Source: Octopus vulgaris | Taxonomy: Eukaryota | Assembly (NCBI GenBank): GCA_951406725.2 | Contig: OX597821.1 | Location: 99,634,001 to 99,698,000 of the forward strand | Reading direction: 5' to 3' | DNA: 64,000 nucleotides | In this document: one piece after another, positions 27,577 to 40,618 of the stretch | Position numbering within the stretch: the stretch's first letter is position 1 | Layout of the letters: every line of letters starts with the position of its first letter | The notes under the pieces: model-generated | What the model was told of the DNA's origin: nothing | Seen by the model: the letters and a program-made list of their open reading frames with translations, nothing else | Databases searched by the model: none | Translations under genes and position numbers: made by a program

Positions 27577-28854
27577 TATGCACACAAAATACAAATATAC
27601 ATCTACATTATTTATGTGTATTTGTGTGTGTGTTTGTGCACCCACGCATATACACACACCAATATAAACGCATATATTTATCCATTCAAAATATCTTATT
27701 GAATATTTTATCTGAATTGAGAGAGGTCAATGTTTGATTTTTTGTTTTCTGATAAACTTTAATTCATCACAAATATTTCAACAACAAACAAGATCAAATA
27801 TCTCGTTCAGTCTAATTATTACCAACAATTAGTGATCGACATATACAATCACTTTACTTTGTTGGTAGAGTGAAAAATGACCGAGAATAATACAGAAAAA
27901 GTAAAGGTAAGAATTTCAACAGTGTTATAGATTTCCATTGAAATCAATTTATTTTGTATTTCCTAATTTATATTTGTTTATATAATTAATTAATTCATTA
28001 ATTAAGGAAATATATGACCAGTGAAAACAGACAGAAAAAGAAAGAATAGAACAATAAAAATGTCACAAGATTTTCCAGTGTTATTGTAGATATATTTTAA
28101 AAAACTTTTGAGGTTTATGTAATTAAAATTGTAGTTATTTAGTGTTAGTAGTTAATTGGCATAGCTGTGTTTTAAGAAACTTGCTTCACAATCACATGGT
28201 TCAGGGTTCAGTCCCACTGAGTGGCACATTGGGCAAGTGTCTTCTTCTATAACCTTGGGCCAACAAAAGCTTTGTGAGTGGATTTGGTAGACAGAAACTG
28301 AAAGAAGCCTGTCATATATATGTGTGTGCGTATGTGTGTGTGTGTGTGTGTGTGTCTGTGTGTGTGTTGTCCTCTAACTCTGCTTGACAGCTGGTGTTGG
28401 TGTGTTGACGCCCCTCTAACTAAGGAGTTCAGCAGAAGAGACTGATAGAATAAATTCTTGGCTAAAAAAGAAAAAAAGTAAAAATTTCTAGAGTTCATTT
28501 GTTCGATTAAAAACCTCTTCAAGGCAGTGCCCCAGTATGGCCACAGTCACATGATTAAAACAAGTCACTGACAAAAGATAAAAGATATTTAAAAAATATA
28601 CCTACTTACTCTAAATGTATTTCTTGTGAGTTCACACTCACATGGCAGAATTGTTAGCAAACTGGACAAAATTCTTAGTAACTTTTCAGTTGTCTTTATG
28701 TCTTGAGTTCAAATTCTACTGATGCCAACTTTGTCTTTCAGCCTTTCAGTGTCGATGATATAAGTACTAACTGAGCTCTGGGAGTCAATGTAATCGACTA
28801 TATACCCCTCCCCAAAATTTCAGACCTTGTGTCTATCAGTAGAAAGGATTATTA

Positions 28855-28892
<38 letters not shown>

Positions 28893-29229
28893 AATTATCA
28901 TTAATAATAATGATGATAATAATAATAATAAAATAAAATATTAGTCTCATAGCATTCAAGTTTAATACTAGAAGTTGAGAATTGACCCCTAGCAATCACC
29001 AGAAATGCTCTGAAACGAATAACATGGAATGGGCTTTATTGCTTACAGTAATTTTCGATGACAGCCAGGGCTGACCGTCAGCATTTGGTGTGAAACCAAT
29101 TGCTAATATGGCTATTATCAGACTATTATGGGGATATAATTGTATTTCATTAATAATAATAATGTACCCACACTATAAATTAATATATAAGTGCCTGTTT
29201 TTTTCCAACTCATAGATATTTTAGACAAC

Positions 29230-29278
<49 letters not shown>

Positions 29279-29363
29279 CCTACATGTGCATTTTGTAGTA
29301 TCTAATGCATTTTTCACTTATGGAACATTTGAATGCCACAAATCCTGACTTTTGTTAACAGTA

Positions 29364-29429
<66 letters not shown>

Positions 29430-29530
29430 CATATATATATAGCTTTTGTATCTTGTCTTCAAGATTCTTTGTTCTGTCTTGGGAGTGTATATATTCACTA
29501 TATTGGCATGATGACTCTCCCTAGACACAA

Positions 29531-29578
<48 letters not shown>

Positions 29579-30324
29579 GTTCAACGTTTTTTTGATGTCC
29601 TGTATCCATATATGCATGTATATATACATGAAGGTCACTGCTGGTTCTCATTGTGCACACAACCATGTGCTGCTATCTGTTGATGCACTACAGAACTAAT
29701 CCGGAAACTTTTTTGATACCACCTCTGATATAATATACAGACATCATCATCATCATCATCATCATCATCGTTTAATGTCCGCTTTCCATGCTAGCATGGG
29801 TTGGTCGATTTGACTGAGGTCTGATGAAACCAGATGGCTGCACCAGACTCCAATCTGATCTGGCAGAGTTTCTACAGCTGGATGCCCTTCCTAACGCCAA
29901 CCACTCCAAGAGTGTAGTGGGTGCTTTTATGTACCACTGGCACAAGGGCCAGTCAGGCGGTACTGGCAGCAGCCATGCTCAAATGGTGCTTTTAATGTGC
30001 CACCGGCACAGGAGCCAGTTCAGCGGCACTGGGAACGACCTCGCTTGAATGTTTTTTGTCATATACTTTTGACTTGTCTGTCTTTTAGATACCATCAACC
30101 ACACAGTCACATCTAACCTGTGCATATCTATATGATCTGACTATCCTATTTTTTTACATATAATCTTCTATACTCTCACATCTATGACATGTCCATCCTT
30201 TACACTCTTAAGACATGTCCATATCGTATGGCTTATTTACCGCTTTGTAGACCATTCCTTCTATTCTCACATTCCCAGAGTGTTCCAGTCTGATGTGTTA
30301 ATAATGGCATTCTTGCCTCGATAG

Positions 30325-30386
30325 ACAGTAGAATTGAAAGCCTACAATAATCAGTTTCACAGACATAGTGGAAATGTGACTAAATG
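30325..30386 (+). CDS. Candidate exon TVELKAYNNQFHRHSGNVTK(C)
   Basis: Acceptor ttcttgcctcgatag|, open frame, donor ATG|gtactt; phase 0 to 2. Confidence 0.4.
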
Positions 30387-30726
30387 GTACTTAAGTCATT
30401 TTTTTTTTTCAAGAGCATTAATTAAATAAGTGAAATATTGCTATTGAGAATCAAAACTAGGTCATAGAGGTTGTTCATGAACTCCTAACAAAATATCTGC
30501 AACGTTATTATTTAATTAAGAGTTCTGCAAGGACAGAGTCAACCTTTTTGTCATAAAATATATTTTATTAAAATTTTATGCTAATTATTATAAAATCAAT
30601 AAGGCTGCGAGCAGGCAGAGTTGTTAACACATTGTACAAAATGCTTAGTGGTATTTTGTTTGTCTTTATGTTCTGAGTTCAAATTCTGCCATGGTTGACT
30701 TTGCCTGTTATCCTTTCGGGGTCAAT

Positions 30727-30947
30727 GGAATCATATCAGGACGATTACTCACCTGGGACAATTATCCCCACTAGGACAATTCCCCCCAATGACAACTGCC
30801 CCCTAGGACAATTACAACCCCCTTCGTTAATTACCTCCTCTCCAATATATTAAGAAGTTTTAAATCATCATCTGTTGTCCTCAGGGGTAATTGTCCTTGT
30901 GGTGGTGGTGGGTTTATTGTTCATGGGGGGTAAATGTCCTAGATTCC
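30727..30947. mobile_element. MITE with GGAATC...GATTCC ends, GGACAATTNCCCC subterminal repeats and AAT TSD, inserted in a SINE-B
   Basis: The SINE-B core is split at GTC-AAT|element|AAT-GAAATAAGTACCAG. Subterminal repeats are inverted between the two halves. Confidence 0.75.
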
Positions 30948-31179
30948 AATGAAATAAGTACCAGTTGAGCACTGGGATTGATGTAATTGATTATTCTCCT
31001 CTCACTAAATATCAAGCCTTGCTCCTGTAGTAGTAAGGAGTTATATAAAATCTTAAGAATCCCAGGTTAATAGAGAAGCAAGGGTTTCACAGTTTGTACC
31101 TTGTTGTCAACTCTGCAATAGTGTCTGAAACCAAGGCATTTGGTTCTTGGCTGCATATTGCTGTCATTAGCCAAGGCAG

Positions 31180-32022
31180 TTAACCTTTTCATTACAATAT
31201 TTCTATTGAAATACACTGTCTTTGTTTTAATTAAGTTTTAAAAAATAATGAAGGTAAGAATTGCAAGACAGATCCTTCAAACTCAGCCAGCTTGCAGAAG
31301 ACCTAGAAGCCGACCAAAAATGAGATCGTTAGATAATATCCATAGTCTTAATTAGTCATTCTTGGGAGTCCAGCTGGAAAGTCTAATGATGGTTGCTTCT
31401 GATCGTAACCTGTGGAGGAGGTGCCTAAGGTTTCTACCCCCATGATCTTCCCAGGAGTAGTAGGCTGAGAAAGATAGATGGACTTCGTTATTATTAACCT
31501 GGTATTTGGAACATGAATTAAAATAAAATTTTAATGTTTGCTTGCTTGCTTCATGCTCTTGCTTGGTAGGGCTGGGGTCATCCTAGGTTAGTGGTCCCAT
31601 CATGCATAATGGTCCTATTATGCATAGGAGCCAACCAGGTCCACAAGTGCTTTCTATCATCATGATCCTACACCAGCCCCTCTGCATCCTGCAAGGTAAC
31701 ATCAAGCCTCTGGAGATCTTCTTTAATCATGTCCAGCCATCTGGTGTGGCACTTGCCATGAGGCCTCTTCCAGGCTGCAGCTACTGTATTGAATGAGAAT
31801 AAAGCTCTTTTAGGATGATCTAGTGGGAGATGGAGGACGTGTCTGTACCAGTATATGCAATGGGTAGCTATGGAGGTGAGAAGCTGCAGGCTGATGTGTA
31901 TGCACATACAGTTCTTTGTTGGAAACACGATGAGAGGATTTAATTTAAATCACTTTAGAGCAGGAAATTTGTATCATAGAACCGAGAATCAGTCTCAGGC
32001 AGGTTGGTATCAAAAGTGCTAA
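31180..32022. mobile_element. Decayed piggyBac-like MITE interrupted by two RTE 3' fragments (~31255-31480 +, ~31537-31930 -)
   Basis: The flanking segments resemble the 48839-49401 element. The inserts encode RRPRSRPKMR..DNI..ASDRNLWRR and WYRHVLHLP..WKRPHG..TRWLDMIKEDL, the latter with an (AAGC)n tail. Confidence 0.65.
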
Positions 32023-32057
32023 ATTTGAAACACCTAAATTTTTCCAGACTATATGTA

Positions 32058-32622
32058 TTGGGTTGTCTGGAAAGTTCATGCCGATTTATAGTAGCTTACT
32101 TTTCGACTTATTTTAGAGCATGGTTGAGTCCATTAAATAGGATGTAACTACACCTCTATTTAGAGCACAGTTTAAGCTAGCTTTTCGTGGAGGAAGATTT
32201 ATGTTCCTATAATTTGTGTTAATTCTGTAACCCTTTAAAATGGAAGATAAGAAAGTTCATTTTCAGCACTTGATGCTTTGGGAACCAGACAAAAATTGCT
32301 GCAACTTGGCTGGGATGTGTTACCCCACCCTCCACATTCACCAGATATTGCTCCTTTGGATTTCCACTTATTCAGGTCTCTGCAGAATAGTCTTAATGGT
32401 AAAAATTTCAATTCCTTGGATGACTTAAAAAGATATCTTGATGAATTCTTTGCCATGAAACCACTCAATTCTGGGAAGTGGGTATTTTCATGTTAAAGGA
32501 AAGACGGAGACGCATTGTGCAACAAAATGGTTCATATTTGGTTGATTAAAAATGTAATGGCAAGTATTTATTGACCTTTTTCTTTCCTTTAAAAACCGGC
32601 ACGAACTTTCTGGACAACCCAA
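32058..32622 (+). mobile_element. Internally deleted mariner with both TIRs and TA TSD
   Basis: TA|TTGGGTTGTCTGGAAAGTTC...GAACTTTCTGGACAACCCAA|TA. MEDKKVHFQHLML is fused to TRQKLLQLGWDVLPHPPHSPDIAPLDFHLFRSLQN. Confidence 0.92.
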
Positions 32623-34692
32623 TACAATAAGACAGTGTAATTCACAGTTGTAAGCAGCATCACAAATATCTCCCAAATCTTCATTGCATATTCTTTCTTC
32701 ATTCACTGCCCACAGTCAGGTTTACAATACCTTCCACTTGAATTTCTAGAATTTCTATTTCTCATGGCAGTCCAACTTATTCCACGTACTATGAATTCTT
32801 TCCTCAGGTGGGGAATTGTCCAAGATATAGTGCTTTGCAGTACTTGTCCTGGTTCTCTGTGCTCAAATTCAAAATCTTGCTACGGCCAACTTTGTCGTTT
32901 AATTCTCCAGAAATTGATAAATGAGTATCAATCAAATACTGAAGCTATTTCTTCTCTTAGCTCACCCACCCACTCTCTCTCTCTCTCTGATTTCCTCTCG
33001 TTCTTTCTCTCTCTTTCTCCCAAGTACTTAGGTCAGTTCTTTCTCTCTCTCCTTCTCTCCTCTTCTCCCTGTGGCACAGCAATGAGTCTAGGTCACCATG
33101 TGTGCTTTCTAAATTAACCAATCCCTTCCTTAAATGTAATATACTATTAACACACACACACACACAAACGCACACATACACTCATACATATATACAAACA
33201 AAAAAAACGTTAAAATAAAGATGGAGAATTATTCATTTACGCAGTTTTATTATTACAGCCTTTATCATTGAATGATATACTATATGATTGTGTTACCTTA
33301 AATAATCGCAAGTTATTCCATATCATTCAATGAGTTTAGCCAGAACTTGGATTATACTAGGGTGCTTGAATGGTACCAACCTGGATGAATTATCCCTCGC
33401 TCTCGCTTGTTTCTCTCCTTGTTTTTTCTGTGTCCCTTTCTGTAGAAGAGCGTAGGCTCGAAATGTAAAAGATTTTTTCTATTCCTGAGCGTTATACTAA
33501 TACATCTGTTTGTTTTGTACACCACCTGTCTTCGTCTTTTGTTTTTTTTGTAAACTCTCCGTATATATATTATTTCCATATATATAATACAGTGGGTATC
33601 CACAATGTCTGTCTACCAAGGCATTGGTTGGTCTGAAACTTCGGTAAAAATGACTTGCCCAAGGTGCTGCTTAGTGGGACTGAACTTAAAACTATCTGGT
33701 TACAATGTGAACTTCTTAACCGCACAACCATAGCAAATGATAATAACATAGCTTATAAAATCAAACTGATAAGACAAGATAAAGCCCAGGAAAAAGTTTA
33801 CAGAAACAATTGTTAGAGCGATATCATAGAAAATAACAGACAGATGAGATTAAACTGTACTTTGATACAAGTAGTGACTTAGTTAAATTAAATGTAAGCA
33901 TCTACGACCAAAATAGATTCCTTTTATAATTATAATGGTTAAATAATATTACGGAGATGTACTTGCATAGCGAATGACTTGATCTGGGATCGTGTGCTGG
34001 AACGAAAACAATTGCAGCGTGGAAGGTGTTTGTAAGCCATTTAAGAAACACACAAAAACCGTTAGATTCACTTCAACATTTAAATTTAATTTGTCAAAAT
34101 ATTTTTGAGACCGTGACCTGTTCACTGACAAAACTTTGTGCTGCATCGTGCTGTTAAATAATAATATTATTTCTAAAACTTTAAGGTGTCTATACATTTG
34201 TTTTTATGTCCATTTTCTATGCTAGTATGGTTTGGATAAATGCATTGTTGAGGTATTGAGGTATTGTTTTACAGTGGGATGTTTTTCCTGTCACTAACCC
34301 TTGCTTGTTTTTCCTGTTGAAATTGTAAGTACCGGTCAAATTCTGGTACTGGACTGACATTGCCCTCATAGCTTAGCTGAAAATCAGGCATTAAAATCAG
34401 AAATATTTTAACCAAAATTATCCCCTCTTTCCAGATAAAGCCTTTCTTAGATTTTTTCATTTTTGTATTTGGTTTGCAAGATTCTTGATATGAACTCTTG
34501 TGTTGAAACATTTTGAGTTGTATCTCTGGAAGGCCATTTTGCCACTAATAATCACATGCTCTGGTTCTATTTCACTTGTTTATTTTTATTTGCCAGTTAG
34601 TTGACAATTAACCAATTAACTAATCGACTGTTTGAATAATTGTTCAGTCAATCAATTAATGTGGTAAGTTTATCAAAGTTCTTTTGATGCAG

Positions 34693-34732
34693 CCTCATCA
34701 ATGACATGCCTTCTCTGCTCCTGGTCTGTTGG
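34693..34732 (+). CDS. Candidate exon LINDMPSLLLVCW
   Basis: Flanks are ttcttttgatgcag| and TGG|gtatgg; phase 2 to 0. Confidence 0.45.
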
Positions 34733-35827
34733 GTATGGTGATACAACAAAACTCATCTTAGACTGTTTTATTCAATATGTATCTCCCATTTGTTTTCCCT
34801 CTACTTTTTTTTGGCAAGAGATGTGATTTGCAAATAATTTAGCTGCTATTGCTAATAGTTTGAACAATCATAATGACAGTTCCTCATCATGTCCCTCATA
34901 AAACATAAGAGAAAAAAAATCTTTTCAACAACACAATGTTAAATTTAATCTCATGGCAATGGCCAACAGTACATAGTACAAATTTCATTATTTTTTTAAA
35001 ATTCCAGCATAATTATTCTAGGATTTTGTTGTTTTTAGGGAGAGTCATTATGTCATTATAATTAACGTACACACTGGTTCAATTCAACTCCTTCTTTATT
35101 ATTAGTCAATTGGTTAAATATCTGTAATGGACTAAGTCAATAGTCATTGAAAATGTTGCAAGCAGCCATGAAAGAGCTTTGATAAAACTAAAACCAAAAC
35201 AAATTAAACAATCGATTAGTTCGTTGGATATTTAACCAATTGACTAATAATAAAGAAAGAGTGGAATTAAACTAGTGTGTGTGTTAATTATATTGGCATA
35301 ATGACTCTCCCTAGACACAACAAAATTTGTTTCAACATACAAATTCACATAAAGAATCTTGCAAACCAGACACAAAAAAGGGAGTCTTCTAGGATTATTA
35401 TATTATTAAAGAGTCATATTATTGGATTTCAAATTTTGGCACAAGGCCAGCAATTTTGGAGGAGGGGTAAGTCTATTATATCAACACCAGTGCCAAACTG
35501 GTATTTATTTCATCAACCCCAAAAGGATGAAAGTCAAAGTTGGCCTTGGCAGAATTTGAACTCAGAGTGGATGAAATGATGAATGAAGTGCCACTAAAGA
35601 TGGATGAAATGCTGTGAAGCATTTTGCCCAGCATGGTAACGATTCTACCAGCTTACCATCTTAAAGAATCACAATATCAAAACCGATTAACTTTTATTTT
35701 TTTGCATTCTTTCTTCCTTTCCCCAAAATATTTTTCACCACACCAATCCTATGGCCTTCTTAATGGGTTATATTTTCAAAACTTTGGGCACTTTTTTAAG
35801 TTCCACCCACATACCTGCTTATAAAAT

Positions 35828-35992
35828 TAAAAAACAAATACACAGCACAGCACCTATGACTTTTGGAAGCACTTTTTCAGGCACAGAATTGTTGAAGAAT
35901 GGAATAAACTACCCATATTGGTTGTTAGCTATCATGACATTGAATTCTTTAAAACTTCCATACTTCCTGAAATTTGCCAGCATTACTCTTGA
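35828..35992 (+). mobile_element. Old copy of the CR1 3' end seen at 280-434
   Basis: ATGACTTTTGGAAGCACTTTTTCA..GAATGGAATAAACT aligns by eye with ~298-352. Confidence 0.75.
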
Positions 35993-36018
35993 ACTACTTA
36001 CAAACCCTTTCCTCTTTA

Positions 36019-36236
36019 CAATGGGGTACTGAAAAGTTCCTGGCATTGGATAAAAGAAAATACATGAGGATCATTTAATTATGATTTCATTCAACATATT
36101 TCCTTCTCAGATTCACACATTTATTACAACAGTCCTTCAGTTTTTCTAAGCCCTGTAAAAGAACTCAGAAGGTTGGGTCTCCAACCAAGCCTTTTGTGAT
36201 ACCTTTAAAGCCAGGATCTTTTCAGCATCCCCTTGT
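36019..36236. mobile_element. ~215-bp mariner-derived MITE (TIR approx. GAGGGGTGCTGAAAAGTTCCTGGCTTT)
   Basis: Inverted termini with TA flanks. Copies at ~730-788, 1815-1987, 43326-43541 and 62010-62222. Confidence 0.8.
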
Positions 36237-36474
36237 ACTGTTCACTTATCTATATTTTTTTAAATTTTGTTTTATCCTGTACACTGTGCATGCAGTTTTA
36301 GCTTTCATTGTTGTCTGTCTTTACTTCACTTATTGCAGCTTTCTTTCCTTTCTTTTCCCCTTTTCCGATGAGTTGTAGCATACTTCAGCTCTGTGTGCGA
36401 TAAGCTCATTATTAGTTTAAAACCTTTACTCACTGAGAAGGCCGCAAGTTTGGTATGATGAAAAATATTTTTAG

Positions 36475-36508
36475 AAAAAGAAGAAAGAAAGTACACAAAC
36501 ATCACCTG
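36475..36508 (+). CDS. Candidate exon KKKKESTQTSP(G)
   Basis: Acceptor atttttag| and strong donor CTG|GTGAGT; phase 0 to 1. Confidence 0.45.
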
Positions 36509-36819
36509 GTGAGTGTATTCATAGACTTTAATAATATGATTCTTCCAAAATATAACAATGTTAGTCCCAACACATGGTTTTAGATACAAAAAATTATCGG
36601 GAAATAAATTCTTAAAGAATATGACATGCTATAGTGATCAGCATATTTTGAATCTGAACATGCAGAGTTATGTTAAGAATAAATACACAAATATTCATTC
36701 CAGATTTCACTGTACATGGTACAGATAAGGATTTTTTTTATTGGTTTGCAGATATAAACAATGAATCTGCATGTAATTTCTTTGCTGAAAGAATAAACAA
36801 AGCCTATGGCTTTTTTCAG

Positions 36820-36920
36820 GCTCAGAGTTCTGGTTACTTCTGACTGATGAGACACAACATGTCAAAACACTGGTGTTCCAGAATGCCATGCTGAGTGTGT
36901 TGAACACACTGTTGTCATAA
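36820..36920 (+). CDS. Candidate terminal coding exon (G)SEFWLLLTDETQHVKTLVFQNAMLSVLNTLLS*
   Basis: Acceptor ttttttcag|. 32 open codons in the phase required by exon 36475-36508. TAA at 36918-36920 and AATAAA at 36998-37003. Confidence 0.5.
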
Positions 36921-37403
36921 AAGAGAGAAGTTATTCGCCTGTGACATACACTACAGTGACCAGCATGTTTTGCATCAGAACATGCCTAGACATTATGAAT
37001 AAATACGCAAAAATTCTTATAGAATCATTAAGTAGCCAGCTACAGGATTTCTTAAATATCAATCATATAGGTACCAGTCATATACTGAGAGTGGTTTGAT
37101 TGTCTGTATACCCAACTGAGAAATGATCATGGCAGAATCATTACAGCATTGGATGAAATAGCTTGTGGTGTTGGTTCTGGCTCTTTATATTCTGAGTTTT
37201 GTATCTTGTTGTCTAGTAGCATTATAAGTCCTTGGGCAAAAGAGTAGCTGTGTGGTAAGTAGCTTGCTTACCAACCACATGGTTCCAGGTTCTCGTCTCA
37301 CTGCGTGGCACCTTGGGCGAATATCTTTCACTATTGCCTCAGACAGACCAAAGCCTTGTGAGTGGATTTGGTAGACAGAAACTGAAAGAAGCCTGTCACA
37401 TTG

Positions 37404-37445
<42 letters not shown>

Positions 37446-38261
37446 TTGTATGTCTGTGTGTCTTCTCACCATCTCTTGACAACCGATGTTGCTGTGCTTA
37501 TGTCCCCGTAATTTAGCGGTTTGATAAACGAGACCGATAGAATAAGTACTAGGCTTACAAAGAATAAGTCCTGGGATCGATTTGTTTGACTAAAGGCGGT
37601 GCTCCAGCTTGGCTGCCATCAAATGACTGAAACAAATAAAAGAATAAATCAGTGCATTGGGCCCTGTGGTACATCAACCCCAGTGCATAACTGGTACTTG
37701 TTTAATCAACCCCGAAAGGATGAAAGGCAAAGTCAACCTCGGTGGAATTTGAACTCAGAATGTAACGGCAGATGAAATACCGCAAAGCATTTCACCCGGC
37801 GTGCTAGTGATTCTGCCAACTCGCCGCTAGACATTGTAATTATGTGTGTTCGAGGTCCAAGTATAATGCATTGTACATCTGCTCAGATGAGAAAAGCGGT
37901 CACAGATAGATCACAAGGCCATGGGAATAGAGGCGTTAAGCCTGTCATGATGACAAGTATGATGGTGGTAATGAATGTATTCATGCTGGTACATGTGAAA
38001 TGGAATTTTGCTACTGTTTTTACCTCTATTTGAGTAATAACAGCACGCATGTGAATGTGCACACACACACACACATACTCACACACATACACACACACAC
38101 ACATGCGCATGTGCACACATACCCGTTTGCAAACACACACATGTACATACTTTATATATATATGTATATATACAATATAGATAGATGTATATAAAATGCA
38201 TGCATGTATGTGTGTGTATGTATATATTTATGTATGTGTCTCTCTCTTTCTCTATCTCTCC

Positions 38262-38318
<57 letters not shown>

Positions 38319-38382
38319 GACTTAAACAAGTAAAAGAATAAAAGAACATACATACATACATACATATATATATGTATATGTA

Positions 38383-38423
<41 letters not shown>

Positions 38424-39139
38424 GTGCATGTATTAGTGTTTTTATATACATCACATACATGCATATATATATATACATATTCGCACATATTTATAAGTCT
38501 ATGTGTATTTATGTATTCCTTTGGAAATACAAGTGCATATATGTGTTTATGTAGGTATGCATGCACGTATGTATGTATGTATGTATGTATGTATGTATGT
38601 ATGTATGTATGTATGTATGTATGTATGTATGTATGTATGTATGTATGCATATATGTATGTGTGCAAGCATAAAAGTGCTTCAAAACTTTACCATCAACTA
38701 CCGGTTTGCCAGTTATTTAATAATGTTAACAGGTCAATGATGTAATCAATGTGACTTCCTCAGAAATAGGTTGATGGAACAGTCGAACCCTTTAATATTT
38801 AAACCTGTCATGATACAACAATATCGGTGAAGGGAACTGAAGTTAAATTTATAGTAAACATGTAATTAGCTACTTATGGGAACTAAGAATGATTTTATAG
38901 TTCTCTAAAATTTTAACTGATTTGGTTCATGGTGCATTTGTTATCATTGTCATCATCATTATCGTTACTGTAGCTGTTATTGTTACTACCGCCATCGCCA
39001 CTGCTGCTGTTGTCGTTATCATTGTCATCGTTTAATGTCCATTTCCTCATTCTTGCACAGGGCAGAGGGAATATTTCCCCATGGCTGGACAAATTTTTCA
39101 TAGGAAACTGAAAAATGACTCACATCCATATTGAGAGAG

Positions 39140-39680
39140 AAGTTGGTCATAAGGGGAATTAGGTGCAGTGTACAAGAGAGGAGACTGCGCTAGTTTGGTC
39201 AAGTGATGCAGAATGGATGAGGACAGTTGCATAAAGAAGTGCTGATCACTGCAAGTGGAAGGAAGTTGTGGAAGATGGAGACGCAAGAAGAGATGATGTA
39301 TTGAAGGCCCATTTCAAAATACTGAACCTTATGAAAGGCATGGCAGAGGACTGAAATATGTGGTGCAAATGTTGTACTTAAGAAGACCTGTCCACCACAA
39401 CAGAATTGAGATCCTAAAACCAAAGTGCCATGTAAAATGCATTGATGTGGGTGCTGCTCTGGTGCTGGTGCAACAAAAACGGAATTAGTGATGGTGTCAT
39501 GTAAAAAGCACCCAGTACACCCAGTTAGCATTTGGAAAGGCAGCCAATTGTAGAAAACAAGCCAAAACAGACTATGAAACCCAGTGTGGTTCCCTTGCCT
39601 TACCAATTCCTGTCAAGCCATCCAACCTGTGCCAGCTTGTGAAGTGGACCTTAAATGATGATGATGATGATGATGATGAT
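39140..39680 (+). mobile_element. RTE LINE 3' end: ORF C-terminus running into family C sequence and (GAT)n
   Basis: IRGIRCSVQERRLR*FGQVM..MDEDSCIKKC..LQVEGSCGR is contiguous with AAAAGCACCCAGTACAC...GTAGAAAAC...TTAAATGATGATG. Confidence 0.75.
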
Positions 39681-40093
39681 AATGAGGATGATGATGGCGA
39701 CGATGATGATGATGGTGGTGATTGCATGTATGACGATGATGCACATTTACAATCACCATTAATGCCAAGACAAGGGCACACACACTCAACACACACACAC
39801 ACCGTCCAGCTGGGGAACACATACACCATAGAAACCGGGAAACCGGGCCCATGAGCCTGGCTAGGCTTTAAAAGGGCACATTTATTATTTTTTTTATAGT
39901 GTGGGGTACTCTTGTCCATTCTACTAATAAACACACACACACACACACCAAGTTTCTTTCTTTCAGTTTCTGATTAGCAAATCCACTTATAAGGCTTTAG
40001 ATGACCTGGGGCTATAGTAAAAAATACTTGCCCAAGGTGCTGTCCAGTGGGACTGAACTCAATACCATGTGGTTTGGAAGTATTTATATGAAT

Positions 40094-40129
<36 letters not shown>

Positions 40130-40618
40130 ATATATAGATAGATTAAAGTAAAATGAGAAAACAAACAGTTTGGCAAGACCTCACAAGGACGTTTAATTTA
40201 GCTATATAATAGAAAGGCTTTCCTAGAATATTCCAACTATTGGAACATCGTGTCGAGAGAAGATTCCATAGGCTAGGTATTCCGTCATTTGAGAGAGATA
40301 GGCTAAACATGTGTAATGGTTGAAGAATATTCCTCATCGGTGATATTGTGGTTCAGAAAGGGAGGAGAAATCCAATTAAAATAGGTATTCATTTGGTAAA
40401 TTCATAAACAAATGAAGAAAATTGATGATATTTATAAAGAGAATCAAAACAGAGAGAATGGTTTGATAGGATTCCTCGGTGAGGGAAAATGGATGTTAGC
40501 AATTCCAATGTTGGATAAATACTGAAAGGAAGAATAAGTATAGCACACTATAGTGGGAGGAAGGTAGGCAGATTGAAGTTTTATATTAGATATATAATAA
40601 TTAGTATAGTGAGGGGTA

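Noticed and set aside
36455-36508. Alternative reading MMKNIFRKRRKKVHKHHL as a first exon
   Set aside because: Splicing in this phase to 36820 stops after 7 codons, whereas the KKKKESTQTSP frame stays open.
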